In this document: positions 21,137-30,817 of the stretch, piece by piece
Layout of the letters: each line of letters begins with the position of its first letter
Numbering within the stretch: position 1 is the first letter of the stretch
Assembly (NCBI GenBank): GCA_963705305.1
Contig: OY970067.1
Coordinates: forward strand, 1,120,001-1,184,000
Direction: 5' to 3'
Length of the DNA: 64,000 nt
Origin: an uncultured Methylomirabilota bacterium
Lineage (GTDB): Bacteria > Methylomirabilota > Methylomirabilia > Methylomirabilales > 2-02-FULL-66-22
Made by a program: the position numbers and the translations under genes
Notes under the pieces: model-generated
The model's database searches: none
What the model was told of the DNA's origin: nothing
Seen by the model: the letters and a program-made list of their open reading frames with translations, nothing else

Positions 21137-21554
21137 GCGTCCCACCCCCCTTCGGCTTGGGCAGCCGGACCCGTAGGAGCCCGCGCTCGTAGGTGGCCTC
21201 GACCGTGTCGGCTTCGATGGGCTTCCGCAGGGGCACCTCCACGCGGAAGGGTCCCTGGCGGATCCCCACCGCGTGGTACAGGCCTCCCTCCTCGCAGCCG
21301 GGCAGGGTCCGCCGACCCTCCACCACCAGGGCGTCCTCGTAGAGGAGCACATCCATTTCCTCCTCGGCCACCCCGGCCAGCTCCACGACCACCATGAGGG
21401 CGTCCGCCGTCTCGTACACGTCCGCCTCCGGGCGCCAGCACGGCTGGGCCAGGATTCCCTGCCAGCTGCCCTGCCAGATGTCCTCCAGGGGATGCGACCG
21501 CCCGGCGACGACCATCGCGTACCGAATGCCCAAACGTCGATAGCGCATGCTCAC
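21126..21554 (-). CDS. Hsp20/alpha-crystallin family protein
   Basis: WRPEADVYET, ELAGV, ATYERGLLRVRLPK; overlaps the lon start. Confidence 0.9.
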   Translation of the reverse strand: MSMRYRRLGIRYAMVVAGRSHPLEDIWQGSWQGILAQPCWRPEADVYETADALMVVVELAGVAEEEMDVLLYEDALVVEGRRTLPGCEEGGLYHAVGIRQGPFRVEVPLRKPIEADTVEATYERGLLRVRLPKPKGGGTHGR

Positions 21555-21618
21555 CCTCTCCTCACCTTGTCCTCGAGTCGGACCGAGGGAATGGGAATGG
21601 CGCAGGCGGTGGCCACAC

Positions 21619-21861
21619 TCAGCGCCGCGGCGAGCGCCCGGACAGGTGCTCGGCCAGCAGGTAGGCCCCTACGGCCGGGAAGAACAGGACGACCTCCGCG
21701 ATGAAGTTGTGGGTGTTTCCCGGGTTGAACCAGCTGAGGACGCCTGCCGCCGCGGTCCGGAAGCTGCCGGTCTGTGACATCTTGCCGACCAGGGCGATCA
21801 GGTTCGCGGTGACGGCGACTCCCACCCAGACCCGGCTGAATGTAAAGAGAAACTGAACCAT
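21619..21861 (-). CDS. small hypothetical membrane protein (80 aa)
   Basis: MVQFLFTFSRVWVGVAV..; two hydrophobic segments. Confidence 0.55.
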   Translation of the reverse strand: MVQFLFTFSRVWVGVAVTANLIALVGKMSQTGSFRTAAAGVLSWFNPGNTHNFIAEVVLFFPAVGAYLLAEHLSGRSPRR

Positions 21862-21992
21862 GGTTTCTCTCGCGCCCCGTCCAGCCGCGGGGTGCTGGCA
21901 TACCGGCCCGGGGGACCGACGTATGATACCACAGCAACGGAGGGCGTCAGCCCCCGATTGCAGGAGAGCGCTCGGACAGGGCCGGCGCGGGC

Positions 21993-23336
21993 TCAATCCG
22001 CCGGCGCGGGGCCCCGCCGCTCGGCCTGCGGCGCGTCCCAGAGCTTCCGCTTGTCGACCACACGCTGGGCCTTGCCCTCGAAGCGCTGGAGCGTCTTTTT
22101 CTCGACCAGCTTCACCTCGACGCTGATGCCCAGCTCTTGCTGAACGCGCTTCTTGATATGCTCCACGATCTCGCGCTGGCGCCGCATCTGGTCGAAGAAG
22201 ATCGACTCGGCCGCCTCCACCAAGAGCGTCACTTCGTCCATGGCTCCCTGGCGGTCGATGACGATCTGGTAGTGCGGCTCCGTGCCTTCGATCTCGAACA
22301 GCACGGCCTCGAACTGGGAGGGGAAGACGTTCACCCCCCGGATGATCAGCATGTCGTCGGTGCGCCCCATCACCCGGCTCATGCGCCGCCCCGTGCGGCC
22401 GCACGGGCAGTCTCCGGGCAGGAGGCGGGTGAGGTCGCGCGTGCGGTAGCGGATCATGGGGAAGGCTTCCTTGGTGAGGCTCGTGATCACCAGCTCGCCG
22501 GTCTGCCCCGGCGGCACCGGCTGCAGGGTCTCCGGGTCCACGGTCTCGATCAGGAAGTGGTCCTCGTTGATGTGCAGCCCCTGCCGCTCCAGGCACTCGC
22601 CCGAGACCCCGGGACCGATGATCTCGGAGAGGCCGTAGTTGTCGGTGGCGATGATCCCAAGCTTGTCCTCGATCTCCTGCCGCATGGCGTCCGACCAGGG
22701 CTCCGCCCCGAACAGGCCGTACTTCAGCGAGATGGCCGAGACCGGGATCCCCATCTCGCGCAGCGTGTCGCCGATGAGCAGGGCGTAGGACGGCGTGGAG
22801 ACGAGGGCGGTGGTCTTGAAATCGGTCATGATCTTGATCTGGCGCGCCGTGTTGCCGCTGGAGGCCGGGATGACCGAGGCCCCCAGCCGCTCCGCCCCGT
22901 AGTGCAGGCCGAAGGCTCCGGTAAAAAGGCCGTAGCCGAAGGCGATCTGGACTACGTCGTCCTTGGTGACCCCGCCGGCCACCAAAATGCGCGCCACCAG
23001 GTTGCTCCAGGTCTTGATGTCGTTGCGCGTGTAGCCGACCACGGTGGGCATCCCCGTGGTTCCCGACGAGGCGTGCACCCGCACCACCTCCCGCATGGGA
23101 ACGGCGAAGAGTCCGTAGGGGTAGTTGTCGCGGAGATCCTCCTTGGTCGTGAACGGCAGGCGGGCCAGGTCGTCGAGGGAGATCACGTCCTCGGGCGACA
23201 GGCCCAGGGCGTCGAACTTCCTGCGGTAGAAGGGGACGTGACTATAGACCCGGTTGAGCGTCGCCTGTAGCCGCTCCAGCTGGAGCTGCTCCAGCTCCTC
23301 GCGCTCCATGCACTCAAACTGTGGCTCCCAGTACAT
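21993..23336 (-). CDS. paaK: phenylacetate--CoA ligase
   Basis: [56 protein letters not shown]. Confidence 0.93.
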   Translation of the reverse strand: MYWEPQFECMEREELEQLQLERLQATLNRVYSHVPFYRRKFDALGLSPEDVISLDDLARLPFTTKEDLRDNYPYGLFAVPMREVVRVHASSGTTGMPTVVGYTRNDIKTWSNLVARILVAGGVTKDDVVQIAFGYGLFTGAFGLHYGAERLGASVIPASSGNTARQIKIMTDFKTTALVSTPSYALLIGDTLREMGIPVSAISLKYGLFGAEPWSDAMRQEIEDKLGIIATDNYGLSEIIGPGVSGECLERQGLHINEDHFLIETVDPETLQPVPPGQTGELVITSLTKEAFPMIRYRTRDLTRLLPGDCPCGRTGRRMSRVMGRTDDMLIIRGVNVFPSQFEAVLFEIEGTEPHYQIVIDRQGAMDEVTLLVEAAESIFFDQMRRQREIVEHIKKRVQQELGISVEVKLVEKKTLQRFEGKAQRVVDKRKLWDAPQAERRGPAPAD

Positions 23337-23485
23337 CGCCGTCCTCCTTCGAACCGAATCCCCGATGCCTCCGCGCCACGGGGCGACCCTCTGAAATCCG
23401 GTGGATCGATCGGTCCTCCGGGGCCGCTCTCCCGGGGGCCCGCACCCAGACGCAATGACACGCGACCCCGCCGGTGCCCCCCTGG

Positions 23486-24220
23486 CTACCGGCCGACGTC
23501 CCGCTCGCGCCCCAGGTACGCCCGCTGCACGTCCCGGTTCGCCAGCAGCTCCTCGGACGACCCCTGCAGCACCACGCGGCCCGTCTCCAGGACGTACCCG
23601 CGGTCGGCGATGGCCAGGGCCCCGCGCGCGTTCTGCTCCACGAGGAGGATTGTCATCCCCCGCTCCGCCCGTAGCCGGGCGATGTGCTCGAAAATCTCCC
23701 GGACCACCCGCGGGGCCAGGCCCATGGAGGGCTCGTCCAGCAGCAGGACCTTGGGCCGCGACAGCAGCGCGCGCCCGATGACCAGCATCTGCTGCTCGCC
23801 CCCGGAGAGGGTCCCCGCGGCCTGCCGCCGCCGCTCCGCCAGGACCGGGAACAGCCCGAAGACCTCCTCGACCTCGGCGCGGATGGCCCGGTGGGTCCGA
23901 AAGCTGAATCGGTGATACGCGCCCAGGAGCAGGTTGTCTTCCACCGTGAGGGGCTTGAAGACGTGCCGCCCCTCCGGCACGTGGGCCACACCCTCGCGCA
24001 CGATCCGGTCGGGCCGCAGATGCGTGATGTCCCGTCCGTTGACGGCCACCTCGCCCGCGGCGGCCCGGACGATGCCGGTGACGGCGGCCAGCAGCGTCGA
24101 CTTCCCCGACCCGTTGCCGCCCAGCAGAGCCACGATCTCGCGTTCCCCGACGTGGATCGACGCCGCGCGCAGGGCGTGGATCATCCCGTAGTAGACCTGC
24201 AGGTTCTTGACCCTCAGCAT
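23486..24220 (-). CDS. livF: branched-chain amino acid-type ABC transporter ATPase
   Basis: [38 protein letters not shown]. Confidence 0.92.
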   Translation of the reverse strand: MLRVKNLQVYYGMIHALRAASIHVGEREIVALLGGNGSGKSTLLAAVTGIVRAAAGEVAVNGRDITHLRPDRIVREGVAHVPEGRHVFKPLTVEDNLLLGAYHRFSFRTHRAIRAEVEEVFGLFPVLAERRRQAAGTLSGGEQQMLVIGRALLSRPKVLLLDEPSMGLAPRVVREIFEHIARLRAERGMTILLVEQNARGALAIADRGYVLETGRVVLQGSSEELLANRDVQRAYLGRERDVGR

Positions 24221-24999
24221 CGGGTCTCCTCCCCCAGGTAGGCCGCGATCACCGCGTCGTTCTGCTGGATCTCCAGCGGCGTCCCGCTGGCGATCACTTC
24301 GCCGTAGTTCAGGACCAGAACCTGGTCCGAGATCCGCATCACCAGGTCCATGTCGTGCTCGACCAGGAGAACGGTCACCCCCCGCTCCACGACCTTCCGG
24401 ATGAGGATCCCCAGATCTCCCGTCTCCTTCAGGTTCAGTCCCGCCGCCGGCTCGTCCAGGAGCAGCACCTTGGGTTCGGCGCACAGCGCTCGCGCGATCT
24501 CCAGCAGGCGGGCCGCCCCAAACGGAAGCTGCCCGGCCGGGAGCTCCTGCTGGGCGGCGAGCCCCACGAACTCCAGGGCCGCCTCCGCCCGCCGGCGCAG
24601 CGCCCGCTCCTCCCGGAAGAAGCGCCGGGTCCGAAAGAAGTAGTCCAGCGGTCCGTACGTCCCCAGCAGATGTGCGCCGGTGAGGGCGTTCTCCAGGACC
24701 GTCATGTTGGTGAACAGCTCCAGATTCTGAAACGTCCGCGCGATCCCCGCCCGCGCCACCCGGTGCGCCGGCAGGTGGGAGAGGCGCGTCCCGTCCAGGA
24801 AGATCTCCCCCGCCTCCATCCGGTAGAAGCCGGTGATGACGTTGAAGAGCGAGGTCTTCCCCGCGCCGTTGGGGCCGATGATGGCCTGGAGACACCCCCG
24901 CGGGACGGAGAAGGACGCCCCGTGAAGCGCCGTCACCCCCCCGAAGCGCAGGCGGATTCCCTCCCCCCGGAAAAAGGCGGCGGCCGCCAGCGCGCTCAT
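24214..24999 (-). CDS. livG: branched-chain amino acid-type ABC transporter ATPase
   Basis: [33 protein letters not shown]. Confidence 0.92.
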   Translation of the reverse strand: MSALAAAAFFRGEGIRLRFGGVTALHGASFSVPRGCLQAIIGPNGAGKTSLFNVITGFYRMEAGEIFLDGTRLSHLPAHRVARAGIARTFQNLELFTNMTVLENALTGAHLLGTYGPLDYFFRTRRFFREERALRRRAEAALEFVGLAAQQELPAGQLPFGAARLLEIARALCAEPKVLLLDEPAAGLNLKETGDLGILIRKVVERGVTVLLVEHDMDLVMRISDQVLVLNYGEVIASGTPLEIQQNDAVIAAYLGEETRC

Positions 25000-25991
25000 C
25001 GGGCGGCCCCCTTCTTGGTCGGCCGAGCCGCGCCCAACGCGAGATGCCCGAGCGCCCGTGCGGCGCGGGCCATTCCCTCGACCAGGCCGCCGGGCAAAAA
25101 CATCATGCACACGACCAGGATGGCCCCGTAGATCAGGATGTCGAAATCCTCCACGGCCCGCAGCAGCTCCGGCAGCGCGGTGAGGAACAGCGCCCCCGCG
25201 ACCGCGCCCCACAGGGAGTCCATCCCTCCCAGCACTGCCATGGTGACCAGCAGGATGGAGGCGTGGAACCCGAACGTCCCGGGCGAGACGAAGGTCACAT
25301 AGTGGGCGTACAGGGTGCCGGCCACCCCGGCGTAAAAAGCGCTCAGAACGAACACGAAGAGCTTGTAGCGGCCCGTATCCACTCCCAGGACCCCGGCGGC
25401 CGCCTCGCTGGTATGAATGGCCCGAAGCGCCCGCCCCACGCGCGAACGCACCAGGTTCTGCGCCAGGACGAACAGCACCAGGACCGCGCCCCAGACCACG
25501 TAGTAATACGCCCGGTCCGAGGCGACGACCGCGCCGAGCGCCCCCAGGCGCGGGATCCCCGGAAAGCCGGAGGGCCCGCCGGTCAGCGCCGTGGCCTCGT
25601 TCAGGACGATGTAGACGATGATGCCGAAGCCCAGGGTCCCCATGGCCAGGTAGTGGCCCTTCAGCCGGAGAGTGGGGATGCCGATGAGAAACGCCACCAG
25701 GAGGGCCAGCAGGATCCCGGCGGCCATCCCCGCAGGAACCGGCCAGTGCCAGGTGGTGGTGAGAATGCCCGTGGCGTAGGCGGCGATTCCGTAGAACGCG
25801 GCGTGTCCCAGGGAGATCTGTCCGGCGTAGCCCATGAGGAGGTTCAGCCCCAGCACGACGATGACGTTAAAGCCGCCGACGATGAGGACCGTGAGATAGT
25901 AGTCGTTTCCCAGGACGAAGGGCGCGAGGGCCACGGCCGCGGCGAAACCCGCGAGCCCGAGAGGGTGGCCGGAGCGGGGCGGGGCGGCCAT
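24996..25991 (-). CDS. livM: branched-chain amino acid-type ABC transporter permease
   Basis: GYAGQISLGHAAF, LRLKGHYLAMGT, LTGG, GRALRAI, VLGG. Confidence 0.92.
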   Translation of the reverse strand: MAAPPRSGHPLGLAGFAAAVALAPFVLGNDYYLTVLIVGGFNVIVVLGLNLLMGYAGQISLGHAAFYGIAAYATGILTTTWHWPVPAGMAAGILLALLVAFLIGIPTLRLKGHYLAMGTLGFGIIVYIVLNEATALTGGPSGFPGIPRLGALGAVVASDRAYYYVVWGAVLVLFVLAQNLVRSRVGRALRAIHTSEAAAGVLGVDTGRYKLFVFVLSAFYAGVAGTLYAHYVTFVSPGTFGFHASILLVTMAVLGGMDSLWGAVAGALFLTALPELLRAVEDFDILIYGAILVVCMMFLPGGLVEGMARAARALGHLALGAARPTKKGAAR

Positions 25992-25992
25992 C

Positions 25993-26871
25993 TTACACCC
26001 GCTCCGCGTTGCGGGCCCCGAACAGGCCGCTGGGGCGGACGAAGAGGAGCGCCAGCAGGATGACGAATGCCACCGCGTCCTTGTATCCGGAGGAGATGAG
26101 CCCCGCACTCAGCGACTCCAGGATCCCCAGCAGCACCCCGCCCACCACGGCCCCGAACGGATTGCCCAGCCCCCCCAGGATGCAGGCGGCAAACCCCTTG
26201 AGCCCCAGCAGGATCCCCACATCGTACGCGGTAAGGGTGATGGGAGCCAGGATTACGCCTCCCAGGGCCCCCACCAGGGCCGAGAAGGCGAAGGACCAGG
26301 TGACCATGGTCTCCACGCTGATGCCCATCAGGGCGGCTGCCTTACGATCGCAGGCGCAGGCTCGCATGGCCTTCCCGGAGATCGTCCGGTCGAAGTACAG
26401 CTTCATGGCCACGACAGTGAGGAGCGTGACCCCTCCCACCCACAGGCTCTGCGGGAGGAGCGAGGCCCCCCCTATGGCCAGTGGGCTGTTGCCCGAAAAG
26501 CCCGGCAGCGAATAGGTGTCCTTCCCGAAGAGGAGCATAGCCCCGCCCCGCAACAGGATGGAGACGCCGATGGTGATGATGATGAGGGTGATGGCCGATC
26601 GGCCCCGCACCGGGCGGATGGTGAGGCGGTCCACCAGGACGCCGATGGTTGTGGTGAGCGCTACCGCCAGGAGAACCGCCGCCGCCAGCGGCAGCCCCCC
26701 CCAGCGGATGGCGAAGACCGCCAGCATGCCCCCCAGCATGACGAACTCCCCCTGGGCAAAGTTGATGATCTCGGTGGTGTTGAAGATCACCGTGAAGCCC
26801 AGGGCGGTCAGCCCGTAGGTGGCGCCGACGGTCGCCCCGGAGATGAGATACTGCAGCAGCGCAGAGCCCAC
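25993..26871 (-). CDS. livH: branched-chain amino acid-type ABC transporter permease
   Basis: IINFAQGEF, GKAMRA, AALMGI, KGFAACILGG, VRPSGLFG. Confidence 0.92.
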   Translation of the reverse strand: MGSALLQYLISGATVGATYGLTALGFTVIFNTTEIINFAQGEFVMLGGMLAVFAIRWGGLPLAAAVLLAVALTTTIGVLVDRLTIRPVRGRSAITLIIITIGVSILLRGGAMLLFGKDTYSLPGFSGNSPLAIGGASLLPQSLWVGGVTLLTVVAMKLYFDRTISGKAMRACACDRKAAALMGISVETMVTWSFAFSALVGALGGVILAPITLTAYDVGILLGLKGFAACILGGLGNPFGAVVGGVLLGILESLSAGLISSGYKDAVAFVILLALLFVRPSGLFGARNAERV

Positions 26872-26973
26872 GCGCCCCCCGGTTGCCCTGGTCTCTACCG
26901 CGCGAAGACCGAAGGGCCGGCTGCGGACCCCCGGCCGGCTCCTCGGGTGCGTGACGGTCGCGGTCGATTCAGG

Positions 26974-28122
26974 CTAGCGAACCAGCTGCCAGTTGCCATT
27001 CGTGATGCGGACCATCACGAAGGCGTCCTCGGTCAGCCCGTTGTGATCCTGCGGCGAGAAGTTGAACTGCCCGTCCGTGGCCCAGAAGCCCCGGATCTTC
27101 TCCAGGGCGTCCCGGATGGCGGCGGACTGGGCCGACTTGGCGTCCTGGATGGCGCGGGTCACCAGCATGATGCCATCCCAGGCGTGGCCGCCGAAGGTCG
27201 AGACCGGCTGGTGGAACTCCTGCTCGTATTTGCGGCTGTAGTCCGTGAGGAGCGCCTTCTCCGGGTCGCTGGCCGGGAGCTGGTCCGCCACGATCAGGCG
27301 GCCTGCCGGCAGGAGGATCCCCTCGGCGTTCTTCGCGCCCGCCAGCTCGATGAACTTCATGGAGGCCACCCCGTGGCTCATATAGAGCGGGAGCGTGATG
27401 CCCAGCTGCACTCGGTTGCGCGCGATGACCGCCGGCCCGGGGTTGGTCCCCCAGACGACGATGGCCTGGGCGTCAGCGCCCTTGATGCGGGTGAGCTGGG
27501 CGGTCATGTCGGTGTCCTTGGGGCCGTAGACCTCGTCGGCGACGATGGTCATCCCGGCCGGACCCGCCACGGCCTGCAGCTCTTCCCGCCCCGCCGCGCC
27601 GAAGGCGTCGGAGACTGTGAGAATGGCAATCCTCTTGATCCCCTGCTGTGTGGCATGTTGGTAGATCTTCTTCACCGCCAGGAAGTCGCTCTGCGGGGTC
27701 TTGAAGACCCATGGCTTCACCGGATCCACGATCTTCTTGGCGGCGGCGCAGGAGATCAGGGGGACCTTGGCGGCCTCGAAGCGGGGGATGATGGCCAGGG
27801 TGTTCCCCGAGGTGCTGGGCCCCACCACGGCCACCACCTGGTCCCGCTTCAGGAGCCGGTCGGCGGCCGTCACGGCCTTGGTGGCGTCGGTCTCGTCGTC
27901 GTAGATCACCAGCTCCACCGGGCGGCCCAGGAGGCCGCCGGCCCGGTTGATATCCGCCTCCAGCATCTTGGCCGTGTTCCGCTCCGGCTCTCCCAGGAAG
28001 GAGGCCAGCCCGGTGACCGAGAAGATGGCGCCGATCCGGATGGGCTCGGCGGCCGGGGCCGCACCCGGCAGGGCCGCCAGCACACCCACGGCCAGCAGAC
28101 ACATGACAAGCGACCTGTGCAT
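26974..28122 (-). CDS. LivK-type ABC substrate-binding protein, copy 2
   Basis: Signal peptide, EPIRIGAIFSVTG..LG, INRAGGLLGR; paralog of 28154-29299. Confidence 0.9.
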   Translation of the reverse strand: MHRSLVMCLLAVGVLAALPGAAPAAEPIRIGAIFSVTGLASFLGEPERNTAKMLEADINRAGGLLGRPVELVIYDDETDATKAVTAADRLLKRDQVVAVVGPSTSGNTLAIIPRFEAAKVPLISCAAAKKIVDPVKPWVFKTPQSDFLAVKKIYQHATQQGIKRIAILTVSDAFGAAGREELQAVAGPAGMTIVADEVYGPKDTDMTAQLTRIKGADAQAIVVWGTNPGPAVIARNRVQLGITLPLYMSHGVASMKFIELAGAKNAEGILLPAGRLIVADQLPASDPEKALLTDYSRKYEQEFHQPVSTFGGHAWDGIMLVTRAIQDAKSAQSAAIRDALEKIRGFWATDGQFNFSPQDHNGLTEDAFVMVRITNGNWQLVR

Positions 28123-28153
28123 GAGACCCCCTCTCTGCGTGCGTGACTGCGGG

Positions 28154-29299
28154 TTATCGGACCAGCTGCCAGTTGCCATTCGTGATGCGGACCATCACGA
28201 AGGCGTCCTCGGTCAGCCCGTTGTGATCCTGCGGCGAGAAGTTGAACTGCCCGTCCGTGGCCCAGAAGCCCCGGATCTTCTCCAGGGCGTCCCGGATGGC
28301 GGCGGGCTGGGCCGACTTGGCGTCCTGGATGGCGCGGGCCACCAGCATGATGCCATCCCAGGCGTGGCCGCCGAAGGTCGAGACCGGCTGGTGGAACTTC
28401 TGCTCGTACTCACCGCTGTAGTCTACGAGGAGGGTCTTCTGCGGGTCGCTGGCCGGGAGCTGGTCCGCCACGATCAGGCGGCCTGCCGGCAGGAGGATCC
28501 CCTCGGCGTTCTTCGCGCCCGCCAGCTCGATGAACTTCATGGAGGCCACGCCTGAGCTCATGTACAGCGGCAGCCGCACGCCCAGCTGCACTCGGTTGCG
28601 CGCGATGACCGCCGGCCCGGGGTTGGTCCCCCAGACGACGATGGCCTGGGCGTCAGCGCCCTTGATGCGGGTGAGCTGGGCGGTCATGTCGGTGTCCTTG
28701 GGGCCGTAGACCTCGTCGGCGACGACCTGGACGCCCGCCTGCGGCGCCGCCTCTTTGATGTCCTCCCGGCCACCGGCCCCGTAGGCATCCGAGGCGGTGA
28801 GGAGCGCCATGCGCTTCAGGCCCTTCTTCTGCAGATCCATGAGGATGCGCCGGGCGGCCAGGACGTCGCTGGCCGGCACCTTGAAGACCCATGGCTTCAC
28901 CGGATCCACGATGTTCTTGGCGGCGGCGCAGGAGATCAGGGGGACCTTGGCGGCCTCGAAGCGGGGGATGATGGCCAGGGTGTTCCCCGAGGTGCTGGGC
29001 CCCACCACGGCCACCACCTGGTCCCGCTTCAGGAGCCGGTCGGCGGCCGTCACGGCCTTGGTGGCGTCGGTCTCGTCGTCGTAGATCACCAGCTCCACCG
29101 GGCGGCCCAGGAGGCCGCCGGCCCGGTTGATATCCGCCTCCAGCATCTTGGCCGTGTTCCGCTCCGGCTCTCCCAGGAAGGAGGCCGGCCCGGTGACCGA
29201 GAAGATGGCGCCGATCCGGATGGGCTCGGCGGCCGGGGCCGGACTCACCAGCGTCCAGACCAGCAGTAGCACCGCCCCAAGACCTCCGATGACTCGCAT
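28154..29299 (-). CDS. LivK-type ABC substrate-binding protein, copy 1
   Basis: Same motifs; long stretches near-identical to copy 2 at offset 1180. Confidence 0.9.
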   Translation of the reverse strand: MRVIGGLGAVLLLVWTLVSPAPAAEPIRIGAIFSVTGPASFLGEPERNTAKMLEADINRAGGLLGRPVELVIYDDETDATKAVTAADRLLKRDQVVAVVGPSTSGNTLAIIPRFEAAKVPLISCAAAKNIVDPVKPWVFKVPASDVLAARRILMDLQKKGLKRMALLTASDAYGAGGREDIKEAAPQAGVQVVADEVYGPKDTDMTAQLTRIKGADAQAIVVWGTNPGPAVIARNRVQLGVRLPLYMSSGVASMKFIELAGAKNAEGILLPAGRLIVADQLPASDPQKTLLVDYSGEYEQKFHQPVSTFGGHAWDGIMLVARAIQDAKSAQPAAIRDALEKIRGFWATDGQFNFSPQDHNGLTEDAFVMVRITNGNWQLVR

Positions 29300-29338
29300 G
29301 GTCCGCTCCCTTTCCCTTTCGCGGTCGCGCCCGGCCGC

Positions 29339-29770
29339 TTACAGGGCGTACACCACGTCGCCCGTGAGCACTCGAATCCCGGCCTCCTGGAGGATCTGCG
29401 CCGCGCGCTCCGGCTCGTCGAACCGGAAGATGATGACCGCGTGCTCCGCCGCCTTGTGCACGAAGGCGTACATGTACTCCACGTTGATCCCCGCCGTCTC
29501 CAGCGTCCGGAGGACGCGCGCAAGCCCGCCTGGCTGATCCGGTATTTCCAGCGCCACCATCTCGTTGGTGGCAACCGTAAAGCCGTGCTCCTTGAAGGCC
29601 CGCATCGCCTCCTCGGTCCGATTCACGATGAGCCGCAGGATCCCGAAGTCCGCCGTGTCCGCCAGGGAGAGCGCCCGGATGTTGATGCCCGCCTCGGCCA
29701 GGACTGCGGTGATCTCCGCCAGGCGTCCCGAGCGGTTTTCCAAGAAGATCGAAATCTGGATCAGCTTCAT
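29339..29770 (-). CDS. ACT domain protein (PaaK-associated type)
   Basis: QISIFLENRSGRL, INIRALSLADTADFGILRLIV, DQPGGL, INVEYMYAF. Confidence 0.9.
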   Translation of the reverse strand: MKLIQISIFLENRSGRLAEITAVLAEAGINIRALSLADTADFGILRLIVNRTEEAMRAFKEHGFTVATNEMVALEIPDQPGGLARVLRTLETAGINVEYMYAFVHKAAEHAVIIFRFDEPERAAQILQEAGIRVLTGDVVYAL

Positions 29771-30102
29771 GACGCCTCCTCCATCGGGGAGCGTTCCGGG
29801 CCGCTGCCTGCGTATCCGGTCCGGAGGGAGACGCACCTCTCATCGTCCGCCGAAGGTATCCCTTGCGCCGGGGGGCGCCCCTCACCGGAATCCGCCGCAG
29901 GCCGGCAAACCGCGCCGCCCGGGATCCCTCCGGGTCCCGGGCCACCCCGCAGGCCCTGGACGTGTTCCATATCGGGGGAGATATGCTGAGCATCAGCCTT
30001 TATCAAAAGCAGGGGAAGGATGCAAGCGGCAAGCGAAAATCCGGCGAAATTTGTGATGGAGTTGAACAGATCTCGGCCCGCCGGCTCCGGCCGGACTGCC
30101 GC

Positions 30103-30777
30103 TCACCGGTCCGGCTGCCGGCGCGATGGGACCCCGCGGGGCTGCGGGCGGCTGGTGCGGACCGTGTGATACGAGAGGGTCTTCAACAGGACCGAGAGGT
30201 CCACGTTCTGGACCTTGACCCCCTCAGGGACCGACAGCTGTGCGGGGGCAAAGTTCAGAATGGCCGTGACTCCCGCTTCCACCAGGAGATCGGCCACCGG
30301 CTGGGCGGATGGCGCCGGAACGGAGAGGACGGCGATTTTCACCCGCCGGCGGCGGACCTGGGCAACCAGCCGAGCCGCATCCTGCACCTCCACGCCGGCG
30401 ATGGTCTGGCCGACCTTGGTGGGCTCCGAATCGAAGGCCAGGCCGATGCGGAAGCCGCGCTCCCGAAAGCCCTTGTAGGCCATCAGGGCGGAGCCGAGAT
30501 TCCCCGCGCCGACGAGCGCCACCTCCCAGTCCTGCTTGAGGCCGAGGATGCGCTCCAGGTTATGCTTCAGCTCGGCAATATGGTAGCCCAGTCCCCGCAC
30601 GCCGAACTGGCCGAAGTAGGCAAGGTCCTTGCGGACCTGCGCCGAATTCAGCCCGAACCGCTCCGCCAGCTCCCTGGAGGAGATGGAGCTGATCCCCGAT
30701 GCCTCCAGTTCTTCCAGGCAGCGCAGATAGATGGAGAGCCGGGTGACCGTCTTCTCGGGGATCTTGGTTGGCTTCAT
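30103..30777 (-). CDS. rex: redox-sensing transcriptional repressor Rex
   Basis: RLSIYLR, SAQVRKDLAYFGQFGVRGLGY, VGAGNLG, ILNFAP. Confidence 0.96.
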   Translation of the reverse strand: MKPTKIPEKTVTRLSIYLRCLEELEASGISSISSRELAERFGLNSAQVRKDLAYFGQFGVRGLGYHIAELKHNLERILGLKQDWEVALVGAGNLGSALMAYKGFRERGFRIGLAFDSEPTKVGQTIAGVEVQDAARLVAQVRRRRVKIAVLSVPAPSAQPVADLLVEAGVTAILNFAPAQLSVPEGVKVQNVDLSVLLKTLSYHTVRTSRPQPRGVPSRRQPDR

Positions 30778-30817
30778 GCGCTTCCCCCACGCCGGTCCGC
30801 GACTCGCCGGGCAGGAC

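Noticed and set aside
26974..29299. Binding-protein duplication as a DGR template/variable repeat pair
   Set aside because: Both copies are full ORFs, differences come in blocks and are not adenine-specific, and no DGR-type RT is present.
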